Source of the DNA: Myxococcota bacterium
Lineage (GTDB): Bacteria > Myxococcota_A > UBA9160 > UBA4427
Assembly: GCA_965250285.1 (NCBI GenBank)
Contig: OZ252299.1
Span: forward strand, 2,880,001 to 2,944,000
Reading direction: 5' to 3'
Length of the DNA stretch: 64,000 nucleotides
Part shown: positions 9,945 through 19,388 of the stretch, one piece after another
Numbering within the stretch: the stretch's first letter is position 1
How the letters are laid out: each line of letters starts with the position of its first letter
The notes under the pieces: generated by a model
Databases searched by the model: none
The model's input: the letters and a program-made list of their open reading frames with translations, nothing else
Told to the model about the DNA's origin: nothing
Position numbers and translations under genes: made by a program

Positions 9945-10838
9945 TCAGCCCTCGTGCACGACCAGTCGGTTGCGGCCCTGGGCCTTCGCCTCGTACAACG
10001 CGGCGTCGGCGGCCTTGATCACGGCCGACGGCTTCGGTCCGGTCGGGAGATCCTCGACCGAGACGAGGCCCGCGCTGACGGTGACCGGGCCCTGGTCGCT
10101 CGCCGTCGGGATCTCGGCCTCGGCGATCGCATCGAGCAAACGCCGCGCCGCGGAGGGCCCCTGCTCGGCGTCGGTCTGGCCGAAGATGACCGCGAACTCG
10201 TCGCCGCCAAAGCGCGCCGCGGCGTCGTAGGGGCGGCAGGTCGAGCCGATCACCTCGCCGAGCCGGCGCAGCACTTCGTCGCCGATGCCGTGGCCCAGGG
10301 CGTCGTTGATCTGCTTGAAGTGATCGACGTCGAGCATCAAGAGCGACAGCGGCGCGGCAGCGCGGTCCCACGCGGCCAGGGCAGCGAGCAGACCATCGTC
10401 GAAGGCCGCCCGGTTCTGCAGCCCGGTGAGGGCGTCGATGCGGGCCTGAACGCGCAGCAGGTCGACCATGCGTTTCGTACGCAGGCTCGCCCGCACTCGC
10501 GCGAGCAGCTCGAGCGGCTCGACGGGCTTGCGGATGTAGTCGTTCGCCCCGATCTCGAGCGCCCGGGCGACGTGGCCGGCATTGTGCGCCACGGTGAAGA
10601 AGAGGATCGGCACGTCCCGGGTTTCTTCGCACTCGCGCAGATGGCGGCAGACCTTGAGGCCGTCCATCCGCGGCAGGTTCATGTCGAGGATCACCAGGTC
10701 GGGGCGGTCCTGGGTCGCAATGCGAATGCCCTCGATCGGGTCTTCGGCGCCGAGCACCGTGAGGCCATCGGCGCCCAGCTGGAGCGCCACCGTGCGGTGG
10801 ATCGAAGGATCGTCGTCGATGATCAGGACGGTCGTCAT
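9945..10838 (-). CDS. Response regulator diguanylate cyclase (REC-GGDEF)
   Basis: Receiver domain (IIDDD, LDMNLP, YIRKP) plus DALTGLQNR, DVDHFKQIND, RFGGDEF with RPYD I-site. Confidence 0.93.
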   Translation of the reverse strand: MTTVLIIDDDPSIHRTVALQLGADGLTVLGAEDPIEGIRIATQDRPDLVILDMNLPRMDGLKVCRHLRECEETRDVPILFFTVAHNAGHVARALEIGANDYIRKPVEPLELLARVRASLRTKRMVDLLRVQARIDALTGLQNRAAFDDGLLAALAAWDRAAAPLSLLMLDVDHFKQINDALGHGIGDEVLRRLGEVIGSTCRPYDAAARFGGDEFAVIFGQTDAEQGPSAARRLLDAIAEAEIPTASDQGPVTVSAGLVSVEDLPTGPKPSAVIKAADAALYEAKAQGRNRLVVHEG

Positions 10839-10946
10839 GAGCGCGGCCTCGCGTCAGGGGCCCGGGGCGATGCCACTTGAATCGGGTGACCCAGCCGCTG
10901 GCTTGAGCCGTTGACGTCGCCCCCCGTCCCGACCGCGAGAACGCCC

Positions 10947-11846
10947 TCAGCCGCGCGGCTTGCGGGGCACCGTGTGCTCCCAGTCCTCGAGCACCGCACG
11001 CAGGCCCGTGATCAGCGCCAGGGGCTGGTCGAGCATGAGGTGGTGGTAGGCATCTGGGATCTCGATCACCGGCGCGCTCTTGCCGAGCAGCTCGTACATG
11101 TAGTCGCCGGTCTCGGGACTCACGAGACCGTACTCGGCCCGGAACACCGCGATGCGGCACCCGACCTTCGGCAGGATCTCGTGGCTCGATCGCGGCCGAA
11201 TGTTGCGGAAGATCGAGGGGTCGAACTTCCACGTCCAACCCCCGTCGACCTCGACCATCGACGTGCGCGCAATGTAGTCGACGATGTAGTCGTTCTCGCA
11301 CGGCTGCTCGGGGACGAGTCGAAAGTGCGCGAGCGCCTCTTCGGGCGTCGGGTAGGTCTTCGGGTTTCGGAACGCCTTGCCCCGAGAGCCCTCTTCGCTC
11401 TCGGGATCGGGCCGCGTCACGGGCGAGTCGAGGATCATCGCCCCGGCGAGGCGATCGCCATACTGCACGGCGGTCGTCATCGCGACGAAGCCGCCCATGC
11501 TGTGGCCCACGAGAACGGGCGCACCGACGATGCCGGCATCGGACGCCACGGCCATCACCTCGTCGGCCCATGTCTCGCGCTCATAGCCGCCCGAGCGCTT
11601 GCCGCTGTCGCCGTGGCCCGACAGATCGAGCGCGACCACGTGGTGATTGCGTGCGAGCTGGGGCGCGATGTAGGCCCACCAGTGTGCGTGGGCGGCGCCG
11701 CCGTGAATCAGGACGACTCCGGGCTTGCTGGCATCGCCCCATCGCAGATAGTTGATCGCGCAGCCATCGACGTCGACCTGGCTGCGCTGGTAGGGCGAAT
11801 TGATCGCCTCGAGAAACCAGCGGGGTGCGGCGGGGCGGGTGGTCAT
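10947..11846 (-). CDS. Alpha/beta hydrolase
   Basis: HGG, DLSGHGDS, GHSMGG nucleophile elbow, C-terminal HH. Confidence 0.88.
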   Translation of the reverse strand: MTTRPAAPRWFLEAINSPYQRSQVDVDGCAINYLRWGDASKPGVVLIHGGAAHAHWWAYIAPQLARNHHVVALDLSGHGDSGKRSGGYERETWADEVMAVASDAGIVGAPVLVGHSMGGFVAMTTAVQYGDRLAGAMILDSPVTRPDPESEEGSRGKAFRNPKTYPTPEEALAHFRLVPEQPCENDYIVDYIARTSMVEVDGGWTWKFDPSIFRNIRPRSSHEILPKVGCRIAVFRAEYGLVSPETGDYMYELLGKSAPVIEIPDAYHHLMLDQPLALITGLRAVLEDWEHTVPRKPRG

Positions 11847-12041
11847 GGGGCCTCCGGAGCCAGGGCGCGGCCCCACGGTTGTAGCTCACTCGCCCCGACG
11901 CAGCGGCGATCCGGGTCCGGCCGCGGGCATCCCCCGAGCCGAGGGGATCGGGTAGGCTGACCGTCTCGGCCGCACGCCCGCGAGGGGGGTGCGGTGCGCC
12001 CTCCCCGGTCGCGACCCGCGACGCGCAACTGGAGCCGAGCG

Positions 12042-13739
12042 ATGTCCACACCCTTCGACCTGTTGATCACGGGCGGCACACTGGCCGACGGCACCGGCGC
12101 GCCTCTGCACGAAGGCGAGATCGGCGTGCGCGATGGACGCATCGCCGCCATCGGCGCAGCGGGTGAGCTGCCCCGCGATGCGAAGCGCACGATCGACGCG
12201 CAGGGCAAGGTCGTCGCGCCCGGCTTCATCGACATCCACACCCACTACGACCTGCAGGTGCTCTGGGATCGCATGCTGACGATCTCGCCGTGGCACGGCG
12301 TGACCTCGGTCGTGATGGGCAACTGCGGCTTCGGCGCAGCCCCGACGCGCCCGGAGCATCGCGACCTGATTCTGCGGACGCTCGAGAACGTCGAGGGCAT
12401 GTCGCTCGACGACATGCGCGCCGGCGTAGGCGACGAGTGGGCCTTCGAGACGTTCCCCGAGTACCTCGACGCGATCGAGCGGCAGGGCGTCGCAATCAAC
12501 GTGGCGGCGATGGTCGGCCACACGCCCCTTCGGATGTACGTGATGGGCGAGGCTTCGACCGAACGCGAGGCGACCCCCGACGAGGTTGCCGAGATGAAGC
12601 GCCTCGCGAAGGAGGCGCTCGGAGCCGGCGCGATCGGCATCGCGACGTCGAAGTCGCCCACACACTCGGGGTACGCGGGGCGTCCCGTCCCCAGCCGCGC
12701 TTCGGCCATGGAAGAGATCGACGCCCTCGCAGATGCACTCGGCGAGGCGGGCCACGGCGTCATGCAGGCCACGATCGGCGCCGGCTTCTTCGTGAAGGAG
12801 CTCGCCGACATCCAGCGGCGCATCGGTCGCCCGATCAGCTGGACCGCGCTGCTCGCAGGCATGCTCGGCCCGGGCGGCGAAGACTTCGTGCTGGGCGAGA
12901 CCGAGAAGCTCGCGGCCGAAGGCGTCTCGGTCGTGCCGCAGGTGTCTTGCCGGCCCCTGCTCTTCGAGTTCCAGTGGAGCAAGCCGTTCCCCTTCGAGAG
13001 CATGTCGATCTTCAAGCCCGTTTCCGAAGCCACGAGCCTCGAAGAGAAGAAGGCGATCTACGCAGACGAAGCGTTCCGTCAGTCGTTCAAGGAGCGCGGC
13101 GACGCGGGCGGCATCGCAGGCCGCTGGGATCAGACGGTCATCTCGGAGCATCCGAGCGACCCCGACCTGGCCGAGCGCAACGTCGCCGAGCTCGCTGAGC
13201 AGCGCGGTGTGCACCCGGTCGATCTGGCCTTCGACATCGCGCTCGAGACCAACCTCGAGGCGCGTTTCCGGATCGCCGCCATGAACGTCGACGAAGAGAT
13301 CGTCAAGCGGCTGCTGAACCACCCCGACGTGATGCTCGGCCTGTCCGACGCCGGCGCCCACGCGAGTCAGCTCTGCGATGCGTGCGCCCCGACGCATCTG
13401 CTCGGTCACTGGGTGCGCGAGCGCGGCGACGTCACGCTCGAGCACGCGGTGCATCTGCTGACCGGTCGCGCAGCCGACATCTTCGGCTTCGACGACCGCG
13501 GCCGGCTGGCCGAGGGGCTCGCGGCCGACCTGACGATCTTCGACGCCGAGACCGTGGGGTGCTCCCCGCTCTCGAGGGTGTACGACCAGCCGGCCGGTGG
13601 CGACCGACTCGTGAGCGAGGCGTTCGGCATCGAAGCCGTCATCGTGAACGGCACCGTGCTCCGCGAACAGGGGCAGGATGTCGTCGACACCACCGGCCCG
13701 CTTCCGGGTCTGGTGCTGCGAGGAGCCCAGTCCGCGTGA
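12042..13739 (+). CDS. N-acyl-D-amino-acid deacylase family amidohydrolase
   Basis: PGFIDIHTHYD, HGVTSVVMGNCG, SDAGAH motifs. Confidence 0.9.
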   Translation: MSTPFDLLITGGTLADGTGAPLHEGEIGVRDGRIAAIGAAGELPRDAKRTIDAQGKVVAPGFIDIHTHYDLQVLWDRMLTISPWHGVTSVVMGNCGFGAAPTRPEHRDLILRTLENVEGMSLDDMRAGVGDEWAFETFPEYLDAIERQGVAINVAAMVGHTPLRMYVMGEASTEREATPDEVAEMKRLAKEALGAGAIGIATSKSPTHSGYAGRPVPSRASAMEEIDALADALGEAGHGVMQATIGAGFFVKELADIQRRIGRPISWTALLAGMLGPGGEDFVLGETEKLAAEGVSVVPQVSCRPLLFEFQWSKPFPFESMSIFKPVSEATSLEEKKAIYADEAFRQSFKERGDAGGIAGRWDQTVISEHPSDPDLAERNVAELAEQRGVHPVDLAFDIALETNLEARFRIAAMNVDEEIVKRLLNHPDVMLGLSDAGAHASQLCDACAPTHLLGHWVRERGDVTLEHAVHLLTGRAADIFGFDDRGRLAEGLAADLTIFDAETVGCSPLSRVYDQPAGGDRLVSEAFGIEAVIVNGTVLREQGQDVVDTTGPLPGLVLRGAQSA

Positions 13740-14668
13740 CGCTGCACAGCCAGACCGAAGCCCCCGCCTCGCGCGCGAGCGCATTCGCATGGATCGCAGG
13801 CGCCTATCTCGTCGCGCTCGTCGTTGCAGCCGGGAGCCTGCCCTTCGCCCCCGATCCCGATCTGATCCCGCGCACGCTCTGGGCCGACGTCTGGGCGACG
13901 ATCGCCATCTTCGCGTTCAGCTTCGCGTTCAACAACACGAGCTTCTACGACGCGTACTGGAGCGTGATTCCGCCGGTGCTCGTGGCGTACTGGGCCTTCC
14001 ATCCCCAGGTGGGCGCCGATCCCAGCACGGCCCGGATCGCGCTGTCGCTCGGCCTGATGACCGTCTGGGCCGTGCGCCTCACCTACAACTGGGGACGCGG
14101 TTGGACGGGCCTCGACCACCAGGACTGGCGCTACAGCGACTTTCAGGAGAAGTACCCGGCGTACCTCTATTGGCCGCTGAGTCTCTTCGGTCTGCACATG
14201 CTGCCGACGCTGCAGGTGTTCCTCGGCTGTATCCCGCTCTACTACGTGACGGCCGCGAGCTCGCGCCCCCTCGGCTGGCTCGACGCGCTGGCCGTCGCGG
14301 TGACCTGCATGGGCATCTACTTCGAGACCGTCGCCGACAAGCAGCTGCGCGAGTTCGTGAGCGGGCCCAAGAAGCCGGGCGAGACGCTGCAGACCGGCCT
14401 GTGGCGCTACTCGCGGCACCCGAACTACTTCGGCGAGATCAGCTTCTGGTGGGGGATGGCGCTCTTCGGCCTGGCGGCGGCCCCCGACGCGTGGTTCTGG
14501 TGCCTCGCCGGCGCCGTGGCGATGACGGCGCTCTTCGCCTTCGCGAGCCTGCCGCTCATGGAGAAGCGTTCACTCGAGCGTCGGCCCGGCTATCAGCAGG
14601 TGATCGACACGACGTCGATCCTGATCCCGATGCCGCCCAAGAAGCCGCGGTCGAACGCGTCGGCGTAG
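13736..14668 (+). CDS. DUF1295 / steroid 5-alpha-reductase-like membrane protein
   Basis: YDAYWS, DWRY, ETVADKQL, GLWRYSRHPNYFGE; GTGA overlap with the upstream gene. Confidence 0.88.
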   Translation: MTLHSQTEAPASRASAFAWIAGAYLVALVVAAGSLPFAPDPDLIPRTLWADVWATIAIFAFSFAFNNTSFYDAYWSVIPPVLVAYWAFHPQVGADPSTARIALSLGLMTVWAVRLTYNWGRGWTGLDHQDWRYSDFQEKYPAYLYWPLSLFGLHMLPTLQVFLGCIPLYYVTAASSRPLGWLDALAVAVTCMGIYFETVADKQLREFVSGPKKPGETLQTGLWRYSRHPNYFGEISFWWGMALFGLAAAPDAWFWCLAGAVAMTALFAFASLPLMEKRSLERRPGYQQVIDTTSILIPMPPKKPRSNASA

Positions 14669-14685
14669 CGCCGAGGCGACCGCTC

Positions 14686-15015
14686 TCAGTCTTCCAGAAG
14701 CATTCGAAACAGCGCGAAGCTCTCGAGCTCTTCGTCGGCGATGTCGCCATCGGATCGAATCAGGCCGTCGATCGCGTCGAGGAACGCCTGGCGGTGCTCG
14801 CGCGGCACCTCGGTCGGATCGACGTTCTCGGGCGCAGGCGGAACGACGAGCCACTGCTCGACCTGGGCCATTTCGTGCGGATCGAGCTGTAGACGCACGA
14901 CGAGATCGCGAACGAACGCCTTCTCTTCGTCGCGCACCTCGAGGTCGGCCCACGCGAACGAGCAGACGAACTTGATCAGACGCAGCCGGTCGGCGGGCAC
15001 CATGTCGGTGAGCAT
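14686..15015 (-). CDS. TerB-family (tellurite resistance-like) protein
   Basis: AWADLEVRDEEKAF and SDGDIADEE paired motifs characteristic of the TerB fold. Confidence 0.75.
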   Translation of the reverse strand: MLTDMVPADRLRLIKFVCSFAWADLEVRDEEKAFVRDLVVRLQLDPHEMAQVEQWLVVPPAPENVDPTEVPREHRQAFLDAIDGLIRSDGDIADEELESFALFRMLLED

Positions 15016-15085
15016 GTGGGACCTTTCGAGGCGCTCGGGGCGAGCGGCCAACGCCAGACGAGTGCGCGGCGCGGCGCCGGGCGCG

Positions 15086-15113
15086 AGCGTAGAGCGCGAG
15101 CAGGTCGAGTCAA
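15086..15113 (-). promoter_or_regulatory. Possible sigma70-type promoter for the terB-like gene
   Basis: Minus strand TTGACT-N16-TACGCT about 70 bp upstream of the ATG at 15015. Confidence 0.35.
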
Positions 15114-15150
15114 GAGCGACGCCGTGGTGTGCGGTACCCTGCCCTGCCCC

Positions 15151-16014
15151 ATGCCGCGATCGCCCCGCCCGACTGGATCCTCTGGCTGCCCGCTGTCTCT
15201 CGCGCGCCCTCGCGCGCGCCGCTTCACCTGGGCGCTCGCGTGCACGATCGCGCTCTTCGCGGCGCCGATCACCAGCACACCCGCGAACGCAGAGGATCTG
15301 GACATTCTCGGCAGCTGGTACGTCCTCGTTCACTACAAGGACGACTCGACCGCGAACCCGCTCGCCGATCGCTGGCTCGATCTCGTGTGGGTCTTCGAGA
15401 TGAAGGGGTCGCGTCTTGAGTGGCGCGAGTATCCGCTGGTCGTCTTCGAGGACACCTCCGGGCGCTTCGAGCCGCGGGCCGGCAACCCGCGTGCCCGCAC
15501 GCTCGCCGCCTGGGAGCCCAACGCAGCGCAGCGCGCGGTGATCGAGCGGGGCCCCCACGTGAATGACCGCGGATCGAAGACGAAGACGCTCAAGGGCTCG
15601 CCGACACGGGGTTGGAAGACCGTCGATCGCCCCGGGATCGGCATGGGGGCCAACGTCGTCGGGTACCGCGAGTCGCTGCGCATCGATGATCCCGAGGGCC
15701 TGCCGGTCTTCTCACGCATCGACAGTCTGGGCAACGCGGCGCGCGGCAGCAGCGAGGGCAGCACCGTCTACACGACGACCGAGGTCCGAAGCGGCGGCGA
15801 CGTGATCGTCGGGACGTATGCGCGCGACGGCATCCGTCACGGCGTCTTCCGATTGCGTCGGACGCCGCCGCCGCGCGGCCTCATCGAGAAGGACGGCACA
15901 CCGAACGAGCGTCTCGTCGAGTCGTTCAAGGCCACGGGCGGCATCGGCGCCATGGGGCTCGGCAGCTCGACCGGGCCGGTCCGTGAGGGCTTCGACGAGG
16001 GCGACGACTTCTGA
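15151..16014 (+). CDS. Hypothetical secreted protein
   Basis: Signal-peptide-like region ending ANA, GC3-biased codons, no recognisable motif. Confidence 0.7.
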   Translation: MPRSPRPTGSSGCPLSLARPRARRFTWALACTIALFAAPITSTPANAEDLDILGSWYVLVHYKDDSTANPLADRWLDLVWVFEMKGSRLEWREYPLVVFEDTSGRFEPRAGNPRARTLAAWEPNAAQRAVIERGPHVNDRGSKTKTLKGSPTRGWKTVDRPGIGMGANVVGYRESLRIDDPEGLPVFSRIDSLGNAARGSSEGSTVYTTTEVRSGGDVIVGTYARDGIRHGVFRLRRTPPPRGLIEKDGTPNERLVESFKATGGIGAMGLGSSTGPVREGFDEGDDF

Positions 16015-16097
16015 GCGAGCGCGCCGCCTTTCTCGCTCGGCGACGGCAATGACGATGCATCGCGTGCGCCACGGTCTTCGACGAGGGCGAAGACGAT

Positions 16098-16751
16098 TCA
16101 GCGCGCGCCGTGCGCGAGCGGTCGTGTCGATCGACGGCGCCACGCCCAGGCGAGGCCCAGCCCGACCCAGCTCGCCGCCACGACGAGGGCCCAACCGGTC
16201 CCTCCGCCATGGGGCGGCGGCGCACGCAGCGGATGCAGGCTGAGACGGATCGCTCCAAGGCCGACGAGCGCCGCCGGTGCGCGCCCCCCTGTGCGCACGA
16301 TCAGGGCCAGCACGCCGAGCGACAGCGCCGAGACGGGCGCGACCGGCCAGGCGACGAAGCCGATCGCCGCCCCACCCGGCCACGGCACGCCGCCACAGCA
16401 CCCGGCCCACACGCAGGCCAGCCGCGCGACGGCGAGCCCCGCGACCAGCGCCCGCAGATCTGCATCGAGGGCCGCACGCGCGTCGCGTCGCCACGCTCGA
16501 ACCACGATGGGACCGAGGGGCACGAAGAGCAGCGACGCACCCGCACCGGCGTCGATCAGCATCGAGGCGAGGCCGACGACGCCCGAGCCCCGAACGATGT
16601 CGCCGGCGTGGACCGCGATCCAACCCGCGTGGGCAAGCCCCGCACCCACGACGAGGCCGAGGACGCGCACCGGATCGATCGCACATCGCCGCGCGCCGCC
16701 GTGCAGCAGAGTGGCGACGCCGCCGCCCAGCATCCAGCCGATCTCGGGCAT
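16098..16751 (-). CDS. Divergent Lgt-like (prolipoprotein diacylglyceryl transferase family) membrane protein
   Basis: Multi-TM; AVARLACVWAGCCGG resembles the GR(L/I)GCFxxGCCxG motif of Lgt-like proteins; GAGGAAGG RBS. Confidence 0.5.
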   Translation of the reverse strand: MPEIGWMLGGGVATLLHGGARRCAIDPVRVLGLVVGAGLAHAGWIAVHAGDIVRGSGVVGLASMLIDAGAGASLLFVPLGPIVVRAWRRDARAALDADLRALVAGLAVARLACVWAGCCGGVPWPGGAAIGFVAWPVAPVSALSLGVLALIVRTGGRAPAALVGLGAIRLSLHPLRAPPPHGGGTGWALVVAASWVGLGLAWAWRRRSTRPLAHGAR

Positions 16752-16915
16752 CCAACCCTTCCTCGGGACGACGCGGGCTCGGCACGAACACGCCCGCTCC
16801 ACCCGGCATAGCGAGCGGGCGCACGCGTCGCTCGCGTCGCCGATCAGGTCGCGCGCCGCGTCGCGGGCGCACACGTCCGCTACCGTCGGGCAGCGCCCAG
16901 AACCGATCGGAATCG

Positions 16916-17764
16916 ATGCACGCTCTCTCGCACCTCGAACTGCAGCACGGGCTCCGCATGGAGATCGAGCAATGGGGTCACGGCGACCGGCCGCTGATCC
17001 TCGTGCACGGCTACACGGGCTCGCGCGACGACTTTCTCGAACAGCTCCCGGCCCTCTCCGAGATCGGGCTGACGATCGCCGTCGATCAGCGCGGGCACGG
17101 CGGATCGACCAACACCGGCGACCCCTCGCACTACACCTTCGACGGCCTCGCGACCGATCTGCTCGATGCACTCGACCGGCTCGAGGTCGACCAGTGTGAC
17201 CTGCTCGGCCACTCGATGGGCGGCGTCGTCGCGCAGCACGTCGCGCTGCGAGCCCCGGCGCGCATCGGTTCACTCGTGCTGATGGATACGCTCGTCGCGG
17301 GCATGGCGCTGCTGCCCGAGCCGGCGCGCGCTGCGACGCGCGCCATCGTCGAAAACGAGGGCATGGGCAAGCTCGCCGAGCTGATGGAGAGCGCAACGCG
17401 GGCGGGCCGCACCCCGCTGCCGCCCTCGACGCGGGCATCGATCGAGCGCGTCGGCGCCGATCGCCACTGGCAGCGCATGCGGGCGAAGCTCACCGCGATG
17501 GATCCCGTCGCGTTCACCACGCTCGGCGACGCGTTCGAACACTGGCCGGGTACGCAGGATCGGCTCGCCGAGATCACCTGCCCGACGACCGTCCTCGTCG
17601 GCGCGGAGGACGCACCGTTTCGGCGCCCCGCCGAGACGCTCGCGAGCGGCATCCCCGATGCAGAGCTCATCGTGATCGAGGGGGCCGCCCACAGCCCTCA
17701 GGTCGAGAACGCGAGCGCCTGGCTCGCAGCGGTGCAGGGACACGTCGCAGCCGCACGAGCCTGA
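16916..17764 (+). CDS. Alpha/beta hydrolase
   Basis: HGYTG, DQRGHGGS, GHSMGG, VGAED, AAHSP. Confidence 0.88.
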   Translation: MHALSHLELQHGLRMEIEQWGHGDRPLILVHGYTGSRDDFLEQLPALSEIGLTIAVDQRGHGGSTNTGDPSHYTFDGLATDLLDALDRLEVDQCDLLGHSMGGVVAQHVALRAPARIGSLVLMDTLVAGMALLPEPARAATRAIVENEGMGKLAELMESATRAGRTPLPPSTRASIERVGADRHWQRMRAKLTAMDPVAFTTLGDAFEHWPGTQDRLAEITCPTTVLVGAEDAPFRRPAETLASGIPDAELIVIEGAAHSPQVENASAWLAAVQGHVAAARA

Positions 17765-17785
17765 GGGCGCGCCGCGGCGGGTCGC

Positions 17786-18310
17786 TCAGTCGGCGGGCTC
17801 GACCAGGATGTCGGCCATCAGATCCTCGGCGATCTTCTCGAGGCTCTCGCGCAATGCGTCGACCGCGAGCGAAGGCGGCGCCTGCAGCCGCGCGCGCGCG
17901 GTGAACAGCATCTCGCCCGACATCGGCGCGGACGAGACGTGGCTCTCGAGCGAGAGCACGTTGACACCCACGCTGGCGGCCGCGGTCGCGATCTCCTTCA
18001 CGATCCCCGGACGATCCTGACCGACCAGCTCGACATCGAGCACGGTGTCGTCCCGCTCGGTGACGTCGAGCTCGCTGTCTTCGACGGCGACCGTCAGGCC
18101 CTGGGCCGAGAGTCCACCGAGCGCCGTCCGCAGCGCTTCGGCGCGCGCGTCGGGCACTCGCACCTGCAGGATGCCGGCGAAGTGCCCCGCGAGACGAGCC
18201 ATGCGGCTCTGCTCCCAGCTGCCGTCGTGGTCGGCGATCACCTGAGAAACGGCCTCCACGAGTCCGGGGCGGTCGGCGCCGATCAGCGTGAGGACGAGGG
18301 CTCTGGACAT
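17786..18310 (-). CDS. Glycine cleavage system regulator GcvR-like tandem ACT domain protein
   Basis: Two ACT domains: LIGADRPGLV and LVGQDRPGIV; SAPMSGEMLF. Confidence 0.85.
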   Translation of the reverse strand: MSRALVLTLIGADRPGLVEAVSQVIADHDGSWEQSRMARLAGHFAGILQVRVPDARAEALRTALGGLSAQGLTVAVEDSELDVTERDDTVLDVELVGQDRPGIVKEIATAAASVGVNVLSLESHVSSAPMSGEMLFTARARLQAPPSLAVDALRESLEKIAEDLMADILVEPAD

Positions 18311-18576
18311 CGAGGGTCTCCGTTCGGGCGACGGCGCCGGCGCGCGAGCGTCGCATTCGGACAAGCGGTGCCCGGGTCGAGCACGCCGCGCGTGGGATCG
18401 GTCCCGGGTGGCGCGTCGGATCGAACGCACGGGGCACTCGGGATCGGCCTACGCGACGCGTGCAAGCGCGCACACGAGGCATCGAATCAAGCGCACGGAG
18501 CGTCGCGCCGAAGCATCGGACATGCGGCGCGCAGACGCCCGACCGAGTCGGGTGTCTCGGCGCCGGGGAGCTCGAG

Positions 18577-19038
18577 ATGACCGAGATCTACCCGATGATC
18601 CCGGCCGCGTCCAAGGCGGTCTGGTTTCTGGCCGGCATCGGCCTGCTGTTGCTCGTCGTGGCCGGCCTGCTCCTGGCGCTGGCGTTCGCCTCGGGCCATA
18701 CCCGCGTGCGCGTCGACACGGCAGGCGTCGCCGTGGAGGGCGACCCGCTCTTCTCCCGCACGATCCCCTGGAGCGAGCTCGAGGTCGACCGGGCCGAGGT
18801 CGTCGCCATCGGCGGCGACTCGCCTTACCGGCCCGCCTGGCGCACCTGGGGCACGGGACTCCCGGGCTACGCCGCCGGCTGGTTCAAACTGGCATCGGGC
18901 GAGAAGGCGCTCGTCTTCATGACCGCTGGCGAAGGCGCCGTGCGGGTGCCCACGCGGTCGGGCTGGAGCCTTCTGGTGACCGTCCAAGACCCGGGCGCCC
19001 TCGTCGCTCGGCTGCAGGCGGGTGACTCGGGCGCCTGA
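18577..19038 (+). CDS. Bacterial PH-domain membrane protein
   Basis: One N-terminal TM helix; RTWGTGLPGYAAGWFKL.GEKALVF typical of bPH domains. Confidence 0.75.
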   Translation: MTEIYPMIPAASKAVWFLAGIGLLLLVVAGLLLALAFASGHTRVRVDTAGVAVEGDPLFSRTIPWSELEVDRAEVVAIGGDSPYRPAWRTWGTGLPGYAAGWFKLASGEKALVFMTAGEGAVRVPTRSGWSLLVTVQDPGALVARLQAGDSGA

Positions 19039-19186
19039 AACGCGATCAGGGGACCCGCCCGCAGGGCAATCCAAATTTGACCGGAATTGTCACGGCTGGG
19101 CTGAAAAAAATCGAGAAAGCCTGACACCTGGACCCGGTTCGCGACCACATCCCTTGTACATCGCAAGCATATCCCCTTCCCAGGGA

Positions 19187-19227
19187 GGCCCGAGTCATCG
19201 CATGGTGACTCGGGCCGCTTTCGTTCT
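19187..19227 (+). terminator. Intrinsic terminator-like hairpin
   Basis: Perfect 11-bp stem GGCCCGAGTCA (19187-19197)/TGACTCGGGCC (19206-19216) followed by GCTTTCGTTCT. Confidence 0.6.
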
Positions 19228-19388
19228 GGGGGGGTGGTTTCGGGGGTGGGTGCCTGGGGCGCGCTCGGTCGCCGCCTGGTCCCCAGAACGATGCTCTTTC
19301 TTAGGAGCGCTCGCCGCGGCCCTCTGGGCCGCGTCTTGCGAGTTCTGCGATCCGGGCGTTAGGGCCGGGTTGGGGGCGGCTCAGGCGA

